A stretch of 62,792 bases of DNA from a bacterium. Its GTDB lineage: Bacteria > JAMCPX01. The stretch covers positions 1-62,792 of the forward strand of contig JBBIVV010000010.1 in the NCBI GenBank assembly GCA_037439545.1, read 5' to 3'. Made by a program: the position numbers and the translations under genes. The notes beneath the pieces are model-generated. The model worked only from the letters and a program-made list of their open reading frames with translations. It had not been told where the DNA came from and searched no databases. This document shows, piece by piece, positions 38,179 through 47,101 of the stretch (the first letter of the stretch is position 1; each line of letters begins with the position of its first letter).

Positions 38179-39033
38179 CTACCTTTCGCCCCATTTCAAC
38201 TTCTGCCTGAGGATCTCAAAATAGTTTCTGAAAGGCGATTTTATCACCGTCGTATAATGCGTTGATTTGGATATGACGACCCTGTTCCCTTTCTTGATAG
38301 AATGTGACACCTGTCCGTCGAATGTTATAACGACATCCTTCTCGTCTGTTTCAAGCTCGATCTCCACAAGGGAGTCCGATGACAGCACGATAGGCCTATT
38401 TGTGAGGGTGTGCGGCGAAATTGGGGTAAGAATTATTGTGTCCGTCGTGGGATAAACTATAGGGCCCCCGGATGCCATTGAATATGCCGTAGAGCCTGTC
38501 GATGTGGCTATGATAAGCCCGTCTGCTTTGTAGGTCGTTAGATAGTTGCCGTCAACGCTTGTCTTGAGCGATATCATGCGTGCTATTGTTCCTTTGGATA
38601 CGACAGCATCATTCAGTACGGTATAGAATATGATCCGTTTTTTTTCTTCAAAGACCTCTGCAGTTAGTCTCATCCTCTTTTCATAAACGGCCTTGCCGGA
38701 TATCACGAGATCCGTAACCCTGTACAATTCATCCATGGTGATCTCCGTGAGAAAGCCGAGCCCGCCGATGTTTACGCCGATAATGGGTATGTCCTGCCCG
38801 CCTATAAGCCTTATTGCCCAGAGAAATGTTCCGTCACCGCCAAACACCACCACGACATCGGTGTCGTCCGGCATAAGCTCCTTAAAACGTACGAGCTGCG
38901 GGGCCAAAGTTCCCGCCATGCTCTCTTCGATGACAACCTGGACGCCCTTGCTTTCGAGAGATGCGATGTACGCACTTATCTCCTTATAGACGTCCGACGA
39001 TTTCTTGCTTTTTACAACCAATGCAATCTTCAT
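38179..39033 (-). CDS. nadK: NAD+ kinase
   Basis: GGDGT, GLGFL, LND, TGSTAYSMASGGP; start ATG 39033 (alternative 39048). Confidence 0.97.
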   Translation of the reverse strand: MKIALVVKSKKSSDVYKEISAYIASLESKGVQVVIEESMAGTLAPQLVRFKELMPDDTDVVVVFGGDGTFLWAIRLIGGQDIPIIGVNIGGLGFLTEITMDELYRVTDLVISGKAVYEKRMRLTAEVFEEKKRIIFYTVLNDAVVSKGTIARMISLKTSVDGNYLTTYKADGLIIATSTGSTAYSMASGGPIVYPTTDTIILTPISPHTLTNRPIVLSSDSLVEIELETDEKDVVITFDGQVSHSIKKGNRVVISKSTHYTTVIKSPFRNYFEILRQKLKWGER

Positions 39034-39111
39034 ATATATGCTTTCCACTTATTGCATTTTTTGATACCATAATTCAAGATAAATTTTAAGGACACAATGT
39101 AACATAAACGT

Positions 39112-40380
39112 ATGAAGCAGCCCCTTGCCCATAGATTAAGACCGAATAGCCTTGGAGAGCTCGCAGGCCAGGAACACGTTCTTGGCGAAGGCAAGCCATT
39201 GCGGCAGACACTTGAATCCGGTATCCTGCCTTCGATGATCCTATGGGGACCTCCGGGTTCCGGCAAGACATCGTTCATAAAGATCATCACGAACAATCCT
39301 CTGTACGAGCCGATCTACACAACCGCTGTGTCGACGAATACGAAAGAGATAAACAAGATCTTAAAACAGGCACACGAACTCCGGCTGTCTGATAAAAAAC
39401 CCGTTCTCATTATAGATGAACTTCAGCACCTTAACCGCTCACAGCAGGAACTTCTCCTGCCGCACGTTGAGGACGGAAGCATCGTGTTCATAGGCATATC
39501 GACGGACAACCCGTCATTTTCCCTTAATCGTGCATTGCTCTCGAGGACCACGCTTGTTGTGTTTGAACCGTTAAAAGAACAGGCATTAAAGAAAATCATC
39601 GAGCGTGCATTGACGGATAAAGAACTGGGCATGGGCAGGAGCGGCGTCAGTATAAATAAAGATGCGATGAATTATCTTATTGTAAGGAGTAACGGCGATG
39701 CAAGGAAGGCACTGAATGCGGTCGAGCTTTTGTCGGACATAGCTTCAAAAAGAAGCGACAAAACCATGACCCTGCAGGATGCCTCAAAACTGTCGGAGGT
39801 AAACCTGCTTCCGTATGACAGGAAAGAGGACGAACACTATCACACAATCTCGGCTTTTATAAAAAGCATGCGCGGGTCTGACCCTGATGCTGCAATCTAC
39901 TACCTTGCAAGGATGATAGAATCCGGCGAAGACCCGAGGTTTATTCTGAGACGGATGATTATCTTTTCATCGGAGGACATCGGCAATGCCGACCCGCTTG
40001 CCTTAACGGTTTCCGTTTCGGCATTCAATGCTTTCGAGATCATCGGTATGCCGGAGGGATTCATACCTATCGCCCATGCGGTTGCTTATCTTGCATCATC
40101 TCCCAAAAGCAACTCATCTTACATGGCTTACCTGAAAGCAAAGGGAGAGATTCAAAAGACCGGATACCTTGACATCCCAAAGCATGTAATCAATTCCGTC
40201 ACAGAGTTAGGCAAAGAACTCGGCTACGGCTATAAGTATCCCCATGATTATGAGGGAGGGTATGTCGAGCAGCAATACCTTCCCGATAAACTAAAAGACA
40301 GGCATTATTACATGCCCAAAAACATCGGGTACGAAAAGGTCATTAAATCTTATCTTGAGAAGATTAGAAAGAAAAATTAA
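39112..40380 (+). CDS. rarA: Replication-associated recombination protein RarA/MgsA
   Basis: PLAHRLRP, GPPGSGKT, SAFIKSMRGSDPDAA, EDIGNADP, YKYPHD. Confidence 0.95.
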   Translation: MKQPLAHRLRPNSLGELAGQEHVLGEGKPLRQTLESGILPSMILWGPPGSGKTSFIKIITNNPLYEPIYTTAVSTNTKEINKILKQAHELRLSDKKPVLIIDELQHLNRSQQELLLPHVEDGSIVFIGISTDNPSFSLNRALLSRTTLVVFEPLKEQALKKIIERALTDKELGMGRSGVSINKDAMNYLIVRSNGDARKALNAVELLSDIASKRSDKTMTLQDASKLSEVNLLPYDRKEDEHYHTISAFIKSMRGSDPDAAIYYLARMIESGEDPRFILRRMIIFSSEDIGNADPLALTVSVSAFNAFEIIGMPEGFIPIAHAVAYLASSPKSNSSYMAYLKAKGEIQKTGYLDIPKHVINSVTELGKELGYGYKYPHDYEGGYVEQQYLPDKLKDRHYYMPKNIGYEKVIKSYLEKIRKKN

Positions 40381-40396
40381 CGAATCGAAAATTGCG

Positions 40397-40444
40397 ATTG
40401 TATACAAATTTCTATTGACAAAAAAAATTTCTGATTGATACCTT
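40397..40444 (+). promoter_or_regulatory. lpdA-gcvH-nfnAB promoter with an upstream TTGTATACAA palindrome
   Basis: TTGTATACAA at 40398-40407; TTGACA at 40415-40420; extended -10 TGnTACCTT at 40436-40444. Confidence 0.7.
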
Positions 40445-40450
40445 GAATTT

Positions 40451-41881
40451 ATGAGTAACTACGATGTTATTGTCATTGGCGCGGGTATCGGCGGTTATCC
40501 GGCAGCCATAAGAGCAGCCCAGCTCGGAGCACGGGTGCTTATTGTCGAAAAAGCTGAAACAGGCGGGACCTGTCTCAACAGGGGCTGTATGCCGACAAAG
40601 GCTTTGAGGGCAACATCGGATATGCTCGATAACCTCCGCAGAATCGATGAATTCGGCCTGTCAGGCGATGTAAAGGTAAGTCCCGACATACGTAAGATTA
40701 TCCGGAGAAAAAACAGGATTGTAACCGAGCTTGTCGCAGGCGTCGAATTCTTATTTAAATCACACGGAGTTACCCTGAAGCACGGCAATGCTACCTTCCT
40801 GTCAACGAATAAGATCCGGATTACCACGCAGGACGGGAAACAGGAAATCGTGGAATCAAACAGATTTATTGTAGCAACCGGTTCTTCCCCGGCTGACCTG
40901 CCGGGCTTAAAAGCGGACGGAAAATTCATACTTACAAGCGATGAGATCCTGAACATTGATACCCTGCCAAAAAGACTTATAATAATAGGGGCCGGCGTGA
41001 TCGGCGCGGAACTGTCTTTTATATTCAGAAGCATGGGTGTCGAGATTACGATACTCGAGTTAATGCCGCGGGCACTTCCGGCAGAGGATGCGGATGTTTC
41101 AAGGCTGATCTCGAGGAGTTTTAAAAAGGCCGGCATCAAAATCAAAACAGGTGCCCGCGTCACACACACGGATATAAGGGACGGGGTTACTGTTTATCTC
41201 GAAGACGGCGAGGATATAACAGCAGACATGGTACTCGTTTCAACGGGCAGGAAGGTAAATACCGATGGAATCGGTCTTGAAGACATTGGCGTAAAACTCG
41301 GCAGAAAGAAAGAAATCCTTGTTGATCCATTTTTAAACACAGGTGTTGACAACATCTATGCATGCGGTGATGTAATTGGCGGTAAGATGCTCGCTCACGT
41401 GGCTTATCACGAAGGAATAACAGCAGTTATAAATCTGATGGAAGGAAAGAAGAAATCCATCAACTATAACGCAATACCTTCGGTAATATATTCAAGCCCC
41501 GAGGCAGCGAGTGTAGGATTTTCAGAACAGGAAGCTATGGATAAAGGTTTAAAAATAAAAACAGGCAGGTTCCCGTATAGGGCATTGGGAAGGGCTAAGG
41601 CATTCTCAGAGATGGACGGTGAAGTTAAGGTCATTGTCGATGCGGCTACGGACAGGGTACTCGGCATGCATATAGTCGGAGCACATGCAACGGACATTAT
41701 TGCACAGGGTGCAATGGCTATCCAGCATGATCTCACCATACATGCGCTTATTGATACAGTTGCTGCACACCCGACCTATTCAGAAGCTGTTATGGAAGCA
41801 GCAGAAGATGTTTTTTCCTTTGCAATCCATCAACCTCATAAAGCGGCTGATCCAAGAGCCGGGGAATCTGGCAAAAATTAA
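40451..41881 (+). CDS. lpdA: Dihydrolipoyl dehydrogenase
   Basis: GAGIGG, GGTCLNRGCMP, GAGVIGAE, MLAH, HPTYSE. Confidence 0.95.
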   Translation: MSNYDVIVIGAGIGGYPAAIRAAQLGARVLIVEKAETGGTCLNRGCMPTKALRATSDMLDNLRRIDEFGLSGDVKVSPDIRKIIRRKNRIVTELVAGVEFLFKSHGVTLKHGNATFLSTNKIRITTQDGKQEIVESNRFIVATGSSPADLPGLKADGKFILTSDEILNIDTLPKRLIIIGAGVIGAELSFIFRSMGVEITILELMPRALPAEDADVSRLISRSFKKAGIKIKTGARVTHTDIRDGVTVYLEDGEDITADMVLVSTGRKVNTDGIGLEDIGVKLGRKKEILVDPFLNTGVDNIYACGDVIGGKMLAHVAYHEGITAVINLMEGKKKSINYNAIPSVIYSSPEAASVGFSEQEAMDKGLKIKTGRFPYRALGRAKAFSEMDGEVKVIVDAATDRVLGMHIVGAHATDIIAQGAMAIQHDLTIHALIDTVAAHPTYSEAVMEAAEDVFSFAIHQPHKAADPRAGESGKN

Positions 41882-41899
41882 GACAGGAGGATTACACTT

Positions 41900-42283
41900 A
41901 TGGCAGAAGATATCTGGTACAATGATAATCACTTATGGGTCACTGTAGAAAACGGCCATGCATATATCGGCATTTCTTATTATGCCCAGGAAGAACTCGG
42001 TGATATTCTGTTCGTTGAACTGCCAGAGGTTGGAGATAAGATCACGCAGGGCAAGTCCTTTGGCGAGATAGAGTCGGCAAAAACAGTGAGCGATCTGGTA
42101 TCTCCGCTTTCCGGCAAGGTTGTAGAGGTAAACAATGACGTGATCAATGAGCCTGTTATAATCAACGAGGACCCACTCGGCGACGGATGGTTGATGGAAA
42201 TAGAAGGAGTTGATCCAAAAGAACTGAAATCGCTCATGACGCAGGAGAAATACGAGAAATACATAAAGGAAACATTACGATGA
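41900..42283 (+). CDS. gcvH: Lipoyl-carrier protein H (GcvH family)
   Basis: HLWV, IGISYYAQEELGD, EIESAKTVSDL (lipoyl Lys), INEDPLGDGW; contains no Cys. Confidence 0.93.
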   Translation: MAEDIWYNDNHLWVTVENGHAYIGISYYAQEELGDILFVELPEVGDKITQGKSFGEIESAKTVSDLVSPLSGKVVEVNNDVINEPVIINEDPLGDGWLMEIEGVDPKELKSLMTQEKYEKYIKETLR

Positions 42284-43116
42284 CCAAGATCATAAAGAAA
42301 CGGATGCTATCCCAGGTAATAGCAGAAATAGAACTCTTGTCCCCGCATATAGCAAAATCTCAGAAGCCGGGACAGTTTGTCATAATCAGGGTTGACGACA
42401 AAGGGGAAAGAATACCTCTTACCATAGCTAATTCAGACAAAGAAAAAGGCACGATCACCGTTATTGTCCAGGCAATCGGCAAGACAACGACCAAACTCAA
42501 CTCAATGGAAACGGGGGATTCGGTTGCCGATGTTGTCGGACCGCTTGGGAAGCCATCGCACATAGACTACTTCGGAAAGGTTGTGACGATAGGCGGAGGA
42601 GTAGGAACTGCCATAGCATGGCCGACAACAAGAGCATTTAAAAAAGCCGGCAATGAGGTGATAAGCATAATCGGTGCAAGGACAAAGGAGCTGCTTATCC
42701 TTGAACAGGAAATGCGCGAAGTTTCAGACAGGATCATTGTTACAACGGACGACGGGAGTTATGCAAACAAGGGTTTTGTGACGGACTCTTTAAAAGGCCT
42801 CATAGACAGCACGATAATCCCGAACCTCGTGCTTGCAATCGGACCGGTCCCCATGATGAGGGCTGTTTCAGAACTTACAAAAAAATACGCAATACCGACT
42901 GTCGTGAGTCTCAATCCCATAATGCTTGACGGGACGGGTATGTGCGGTGTGTGCAGGGTCTCTGTTGCCGGTAAAACCATGTTTGCCTGTGTTGACGGGC
43001 CGGAATTTGATGCACACAAGGTAGATTTCGAGGGACTTATGCAGAGATTAAAGGTTTATCAGAAAGAAGAAAAGCTCTCATTGGAACTTTTAAAATCATG
43101 GGAAAGGGTAAGTTAA
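42280..43116 (+). CDS. nfnA: NfnA/SudB, FAD and [2Fe-2S] subunit of NADH-dependent reduced ferredoxin:NADP+ oxidoreductase
   Basis: PGQFVI, GERIPLT, GGGVG, MLDGTGMCGVCRV, CVDGPEFD. Confidence 0.92.
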   Translation: MTKIIKKRMLSQVIAEIELLSPHIAKSQKPGQFVIIRVDDKGERIPLTIANSDKEKGTITVIVQAIGKTTTKLNSMETGDSVADVVGPLGKPSHIDYFGKVVTIGGGVGTAIAWPTTRAFKKAGNEVISIIGARTKELLILEQEMREVSDRIIVTTDDGSYANKGFVTDSLKGLIDSTIIPNLVLAIGPVPMMRAVSELTKKYAIPTVVSLNPIMLDGTGMCGVCRVSVAGKTMFACVDGPEFDAHKVDFEGLMQRLKVYQKEEKLSLELLKSWERVS

Positions 43117-43117
43117 T

Positions 43118-44539
43118 ATGGCTACTTTAGATAAAAAAGAAAGACTCAAAATACCGAGACAGAAGATGCTCGAGCAGGATCCGCTCGCAAGAATAATGAA
43201 CTTCGAAGAGGTCAATTTTGGATTTACACCGAATCTTGCGATGTTAGAGGCTCAACGATGCCTCCTGTGCCCTAAACCTCCCTGTGTCGCGGGTTGTCCT
43301 GTAAACATAGAAATACCGTCTTTCATTTCGCTTATAGCAGAGGGTAAGTTTACGGAAGCGGCAAAAAAGATAAAAGAAACCAACAGCCTTCCGGCTATAT
43401 GCGGCAGGGTCTGCCCCCAGGAAGAGCAGTGTGAGGGTGTATGTGTTATAGGAAAAAAAGGTACGCCGGTTGCAATAGGTCATCTTGAAAGGTTTGCAGC
43501 GGACTGGGAAAGAACACACGGCGAGATCACGGTGCCGGAAAAAGCCCCCTCTACGGGCAAAAAAATCGCTGTTGTGGGTTCAGGCCCCGCAGGCCTGACC
43601 GTCGCGTCCGAACTTGTCCAGATGGGACATTCGGTCACCGTATTTGAGGCATTGCATGTACCAGGCGGTGTGCTCGCTTATGGTATACCCGAGTTCCGTC
43701 TGCCAAAAGATATTCTCGGAAGTGAGGTGGACTATCTGAGAAAACTCGGTGTAGATGTCGTCACCGATTTCGTCGTGGGAAAAACATCCACCATTGAAGA
43801 GTTGCTGAATTCCGGCTATGACGCTGCCTTTGTCGGCAGCGGTGCAGGACTGCCTGTATTTATGAGCATACCCGGAGAGAACCTGAACGGCGTTTATTCT
43901 GCAAATGAGTATCTGACACGGACAAACCTTATGAAGTCTTACCTGTTCCCCGAGTATGATACCCCTATTGCAAAGGCAAAGAATGTTGCTGTGTTTGGCG
44001 GCGGTAATACTGCAATGGATTCAGTGAGAACAGCCAAGCGATTTGGCACGGAACATGCATACCTGATTTACAGGAGATCATGGGAAGAAATGCCCGCAAG
44101 ACTTGAAGAAAGACACCATGCGAAGGAAGAAGGAATAGAATTTATATTCTTAACAGCGCCGACCCGGTTCATCGGTGATGAAAATGGCTGGGTCAAGGGA
44201 GTCGAGTGTATAAAGATGGAACTTGGAGAGCCGGATGCATCAGGCAGGAGAAGACCAGTGCCCGTCAAAGGCTCCGAGTATATAATTGATGTTGAACTTG
44301 CCGTTATCGCTGTCGGGAACGGATCGAACCCGTTAATTCCTCTTACAACTCCCGATATCCAGACAAACAAGTGGGGCAACATCATCGTGAAAGAGAATTC
44401 TACGGCTACCACGAAGAGCGGTGTGTTTGCAGGTGGAGACATAGTGAGAGGCGGTGCAACGGTGATACTTGCAATGGGAGACGGCAAAACAGCGGCAAAA
44501 GAAATAGATACTTATTTAAATAAAAAAGGGGGTGAATAG
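43118..44539 (+). CDS. nfnB: NfnB/SudA (GltD-like NADPH-binding subunit)
   Basis: RCLLCPKPPCVAGCP, GRVCPQEEQCE, GSGPAG, GGGNTAMD, YRRS, GATVILAMG; paired with nfnA, no gltB in the window. Confidence 0.92.
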   Translation: MATLDKKERLKIPRQKMLEQDPLARIMNFEEVNFGFTPNLAMLEAQRCLLCPKPPCVAGCPVNIEIPSFISLIAEGKFTEAAKKIKETNSLPAICGRVCPQEEQCEGVCVIGKKGTPVAIGHLERFAADWERTHGEITVPEKAPSTGKKIAVVGSGPAGLTVASELVQMGHSVTVFEALHVPGGVLAYGIPEFRLPKDILGSEVDYLRKLGVDVVTDFVVGKTSTIEELLNSGYDAAFVGSGAGLPVFMSIPGENLNGVYSANEYLTRTNLMKSYLFPEYDTPIAKAKNVAVFGGGNTAMDSVRTAKRFGTEHAYLIYRRSWEEMPARLEERHHAKEEGIEFIFLTAPTRFIGDENGWVKGVECIKMELGEPDASGRRRPVPVKGSEYIIDVELAVIAVGNGSNPLIPLTTPDIQTNKWGNIIVKENSTATTKSGVFAGGDIVRGGATVILAMGDGKTAAKEIDTYLNKKGGE

Positions 44540-44540
44540 T

Positions 44541-44984
44541 ATGAAGGGTACAAAACTATTTTCAGTATTAACAACTTTGTTTTTAGTAACAATTATGGTT
44601 TCAGCGGCAAAGGCTGCACCTACCTATGTGGGTGTTAACCAGTGCAAGATGTGTCATATGAAGCAGTACAATGTATGGAAGGACACAGGTCATGCAAAGG
44701 CGTTTGATGCATTGAAACCAGCAGACCAGGCAAAACCGGAATGTATTAAGTGCCATATAACAGGCGACAACAAGGAACTCAAAGGGGTACAGTGTGAAGA
44801 ATGTCATGGTCCCGGAAGCGAATACAAGTCTTTTGCTGTAATGAAGAATGTAAAGGAAGCCGAGGCAAAGGGACTGGTTGCAAAGCCGGTGAACGTATGC
44901 GTGAAATGTCACAACAAGAACATGCCGAACTTCAAGGGTTTTGATTTCAATACCATGTGGCCGAAGATCAAACACGGTCTATGA
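44541..44984 (+). CDS. Periplasmic tetraheme cytochrome c (c554-like)
   Basis: Signal peptide ending AKA; CKMCH, CIKCH, CEECH, CVKCH; YVG...GVQCExCHGPGSEY. Confidence 0.9.
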   Translation: MKGTKLFSVLTTLFLVTIMVSAAKAAPTYVGVNQCKMCHMKQYNVWKDTGHAKAFDALKPADQAKPECIKCHITGDNKELKGVQCEECHGPGSEYKSFAVMKNVKEAEAKGLVAKPVNVCVKCHNKNMPNFKGFDFNTMWPKIKHGL

Positions 44985-45014
44985 GAGCTTAAACGGCACC
45001 TACAATGATTTATT

Positions 45015-45052
45015 TAAGGGGTGAACCTAAAATTCACCCCTTACTTTTTTTT
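45015..45052 (+). terminator. Rho-independent terminator of the lpdA-gcvH-nfnAB-cytochrome operon
   Basis: TAAGGGGTGAA-cctaaaa-TTCACCCCTTA followed by a T-run. Confidence 0.85.
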
Positions 45053-45116
45053 ACTCCGTCGGAAAGCCGCGGCATTTATCCGATAAGACAAGTTCGCGTA
45101 ATGAACGAGGCCGTAA

Positions 45117-45710
45117 TCACAGCAGGAGTGACAGAGTTTTTGCTCCAGGCACAACCTTATGATCGTTGTAAAGGTCTGCAATGGTGAGTATCGTATGCAG
45201 CCTGCCGAGCCCGGTCATTCTTGCAAGCCTTTCCGAAGTCGGTCTAATCCTTATTGCTATAGAACCCCTTCGGCGTTCTCCGATTTTTACTGCAAGACTC
45301 TTCAGCGCCTCCTCTACCCTGACCTTTGGAGGCTTAAAAACGATTGTTTGGGGGTTTATTGCGACGACTGTTTTTCTGCGGAATAAACCTTTATAGAAGT
45401 TAAGCTCGATATCATTCGATGCTTTTGCCACAAACATCAATTCTTCAAAAGACAACTCTATAATTGTCGTATCTTTGAGGACTGTCAGTGCAACGCTCTC
45501 GTGCGACTGCGTATTCAAACCGCCGAAGCATTCACCTGCTTGCAATGCAATGAGTCCCAGAGATTGGTTTGCTTTTGTATTAAAATCACACCGGATATCT
45601 CCCGAGAGTATTATGTAGCCGCTATTTTTATCCGTATTTATACTTATTTTTGATCCTGCTTTAAATGTATGCCGTTTTGCTTTTCTCATGATATCTTCAT
45701 GTTTTTTCAT
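45117..45710 (-). CDS. Crp/Fnr-like protein (degenerate cNMP-binding domain plus HTH)
   Basis: YIILSGDI, AGECFG, C-terminal PTSERLARMTGLGR HTH; start uncertain (45710 or 45689). Confidence 0.65.
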   Translation of the reverse strand: MKKHEDIMRKAKRHTFKAGSKISINTDKNSGYIILSGDIRCDFNTKANQSLGLIALQAGECFGGLNTQSHESVALTVLKDTTIIELSFEELMFVAKASNDIELNFYKGLFRRKTVVAINPQTIVFKPPKVRVEEALKSLAVKIGERRRGSIAIRIRPTSERLARMTGLGRLHTILTIADLYNDHKVVPGAKTLSLLL

Positions 45711-45748
45711 GCCTTTCGACAGATTATAACCGCTTACATACCAGAACA

Positions 45749-47101
45749 TCAGTTTTCCCTTTCTATCCCGAGTAATTTCATCTTCCGCGAAAGGTTCTCG
45801 CGCGAAATGCCGATCTTTGCCGCTGTTTTTGTTATGTTCCAGTTGTTCTCTCTGAGCATGCGGATTATGTAATCCTTCTCAAACGCACTTTTCGCTGAAT
45901 GCAGCCTGTCGTCCGGTTGCTCTCCGGAATTGTTCTTATGCTCCCTGACCTCCCGGGGCAGGTCATCGACATCGACAGTATCTCGCTCAACAAGAACAAG
46001 CAGTCTTTCTATGAGATTCTTCAGTTCCCTTACATTACCCTCCCAGTCATAAGTACTGAGTACACCGACTGCTTCGGGAGTTATGATTTTTTTGTGTTTA
46101 CTGATCTCGTTTTTTTCTTTCAGGAAATAATTAACCAGAACAGGTATGTCCTCTCTTCTCTCTCTGAGGGAAGGTATGTGTATCGGTATTACATTGAGTC
46201 TGTAAAAGAGGTCCTCCCGGAACCGGCCTGCTTTTATCTCTTCTCTGATGGACTTGTTCGTCGCGGCAATGACCCTTATGTCCACATCAATCGTATCATT
46301 GCCTCCTATTCTTGTAAATCTGCCTTCTTCAAGCGTTCGAAGCAGTTTTGCCTGCATCCTTATGCTCATATCTCCGACCTCATCGAGAAAGAGCGTACCT
46401 TTATCCGCAAGTTCAAGTTTGCCTATACGTCTCCTGTCTGCACCTGTAAATGCACCCTTTTCATGTCCGAACAATTCACTCTCGAGCAATTCTTCCGGTA
46501 TTGCTGCACAGTTGACATCTATAAACGGCATGTTTGCCCTTGAACTCATTCTGTGTATGGCATTGGCAACGAGTTCCTTGCCTGTTCCGTTATCGCCTGT
46601 TATCAGTATCCAGCTGTCCGATGGAGCGATGATCGCTATCTTCTTTTTCAATTCTTCCATAATACCTGATCCGCTTATCAGCTCATACTTTCTATCTATC
46701 TTTACCTTGAGCTGTTTATTTTCCTGCTGGAGGTTAAACACTTTGAGACCGTTGCTTATGGTTATGAGCAGTTTGTCTGCTGAAAGAGGTTTTTCTATGA
46801 AATCATATGCACCCATCTTTATGGTCTTTACCGCTGTGTCTATGGTTCCATGTCCTGATATCATTATTACTATTGTATCCTGGTATTGTTCTTTTATTTT
46901 TTTCAGGATCTCGATACCGTCCATCTGCGGCAGCCATATATCGAGTAAGACAATATGGGGCTCGTAATTTTTCATGATGGAGAGCGCCTCAAAACCGTCT
47001 TTCGCAAGTTTCACATCATAATCCTCATCACTCAATATACCGGCTATGGTTGAGCGGATTAAATCTTCGTCATCCACAACAAGTACAGTACGATTTTTCA
47101 T
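45749..47101 (-). CDS. Sigma54-dependent response regulator, NtrX-like
   Basis: Receiver (LLDIWLP, ISGHGTI), GTGKE, GAFTGA, FIS HTH. Confidence 0.92.
   Translation of the reverse strand: MKNRTVLVVDDEDLIRSTIAGILSDEDYDVKLAKDGFEALSIMKNYEPHIVLLDIWLPQMDGIEILKKIKEQYQDTIVIMISGHGTIDTAVKTIKMGAYDFIEKPLSADKLLITISNGLKVFNLQQENKQLKVKIDRKYELISGSGIMEELKKKIAIIAPSDSWILITGDNGTGKELVANAIHRMSSRANMPFIDVNCAAIPEELLESELFGHEKGAFTGADRRRIGKLELADKGTLFLDEVGDMSIRMQAKLLRTLEEGRFTRIGGNDTIDVDIRVIAATNKSIREEIKAGRFREDLFYRLNVIPIHIPSLRERREDIPVLVNYFLKEKNEISKHKKIITPEAVGVLSTYDWEGNVRELKNLIERLLVLVERDTVDVDDLPREVREHKNNSGEQPDDRLHSAKSAFEKDYIIRMLRENNWNITKTAAKIGISRENLSRKMKLLGIEREN

Noticed and set aside
30145..39033. nadC, malic enzyme and nadK as a dedicated NADPH-supply island for DsrL
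   Set aside because: valS-nadC and nadK-recN are ordinary housekeeping syntenies, so proximity is probably coincidental.
41900..42283. GcvH as LbpA of the sHdr sulfur-oxidation system
   Set aside because: It has no cysteines, whereas LbpA has conserved Cys residues, and there are no shdr genes in the window.
43118..44539. Glutamate synthase small subunit
   Set aside because: No gltB is present and the gene is paired with an nfnA/sudB gene, so NfnAB fits better. The same reasoning, plus the C-terminal ferredoxin and position, makes 19441-21099 dsrL.
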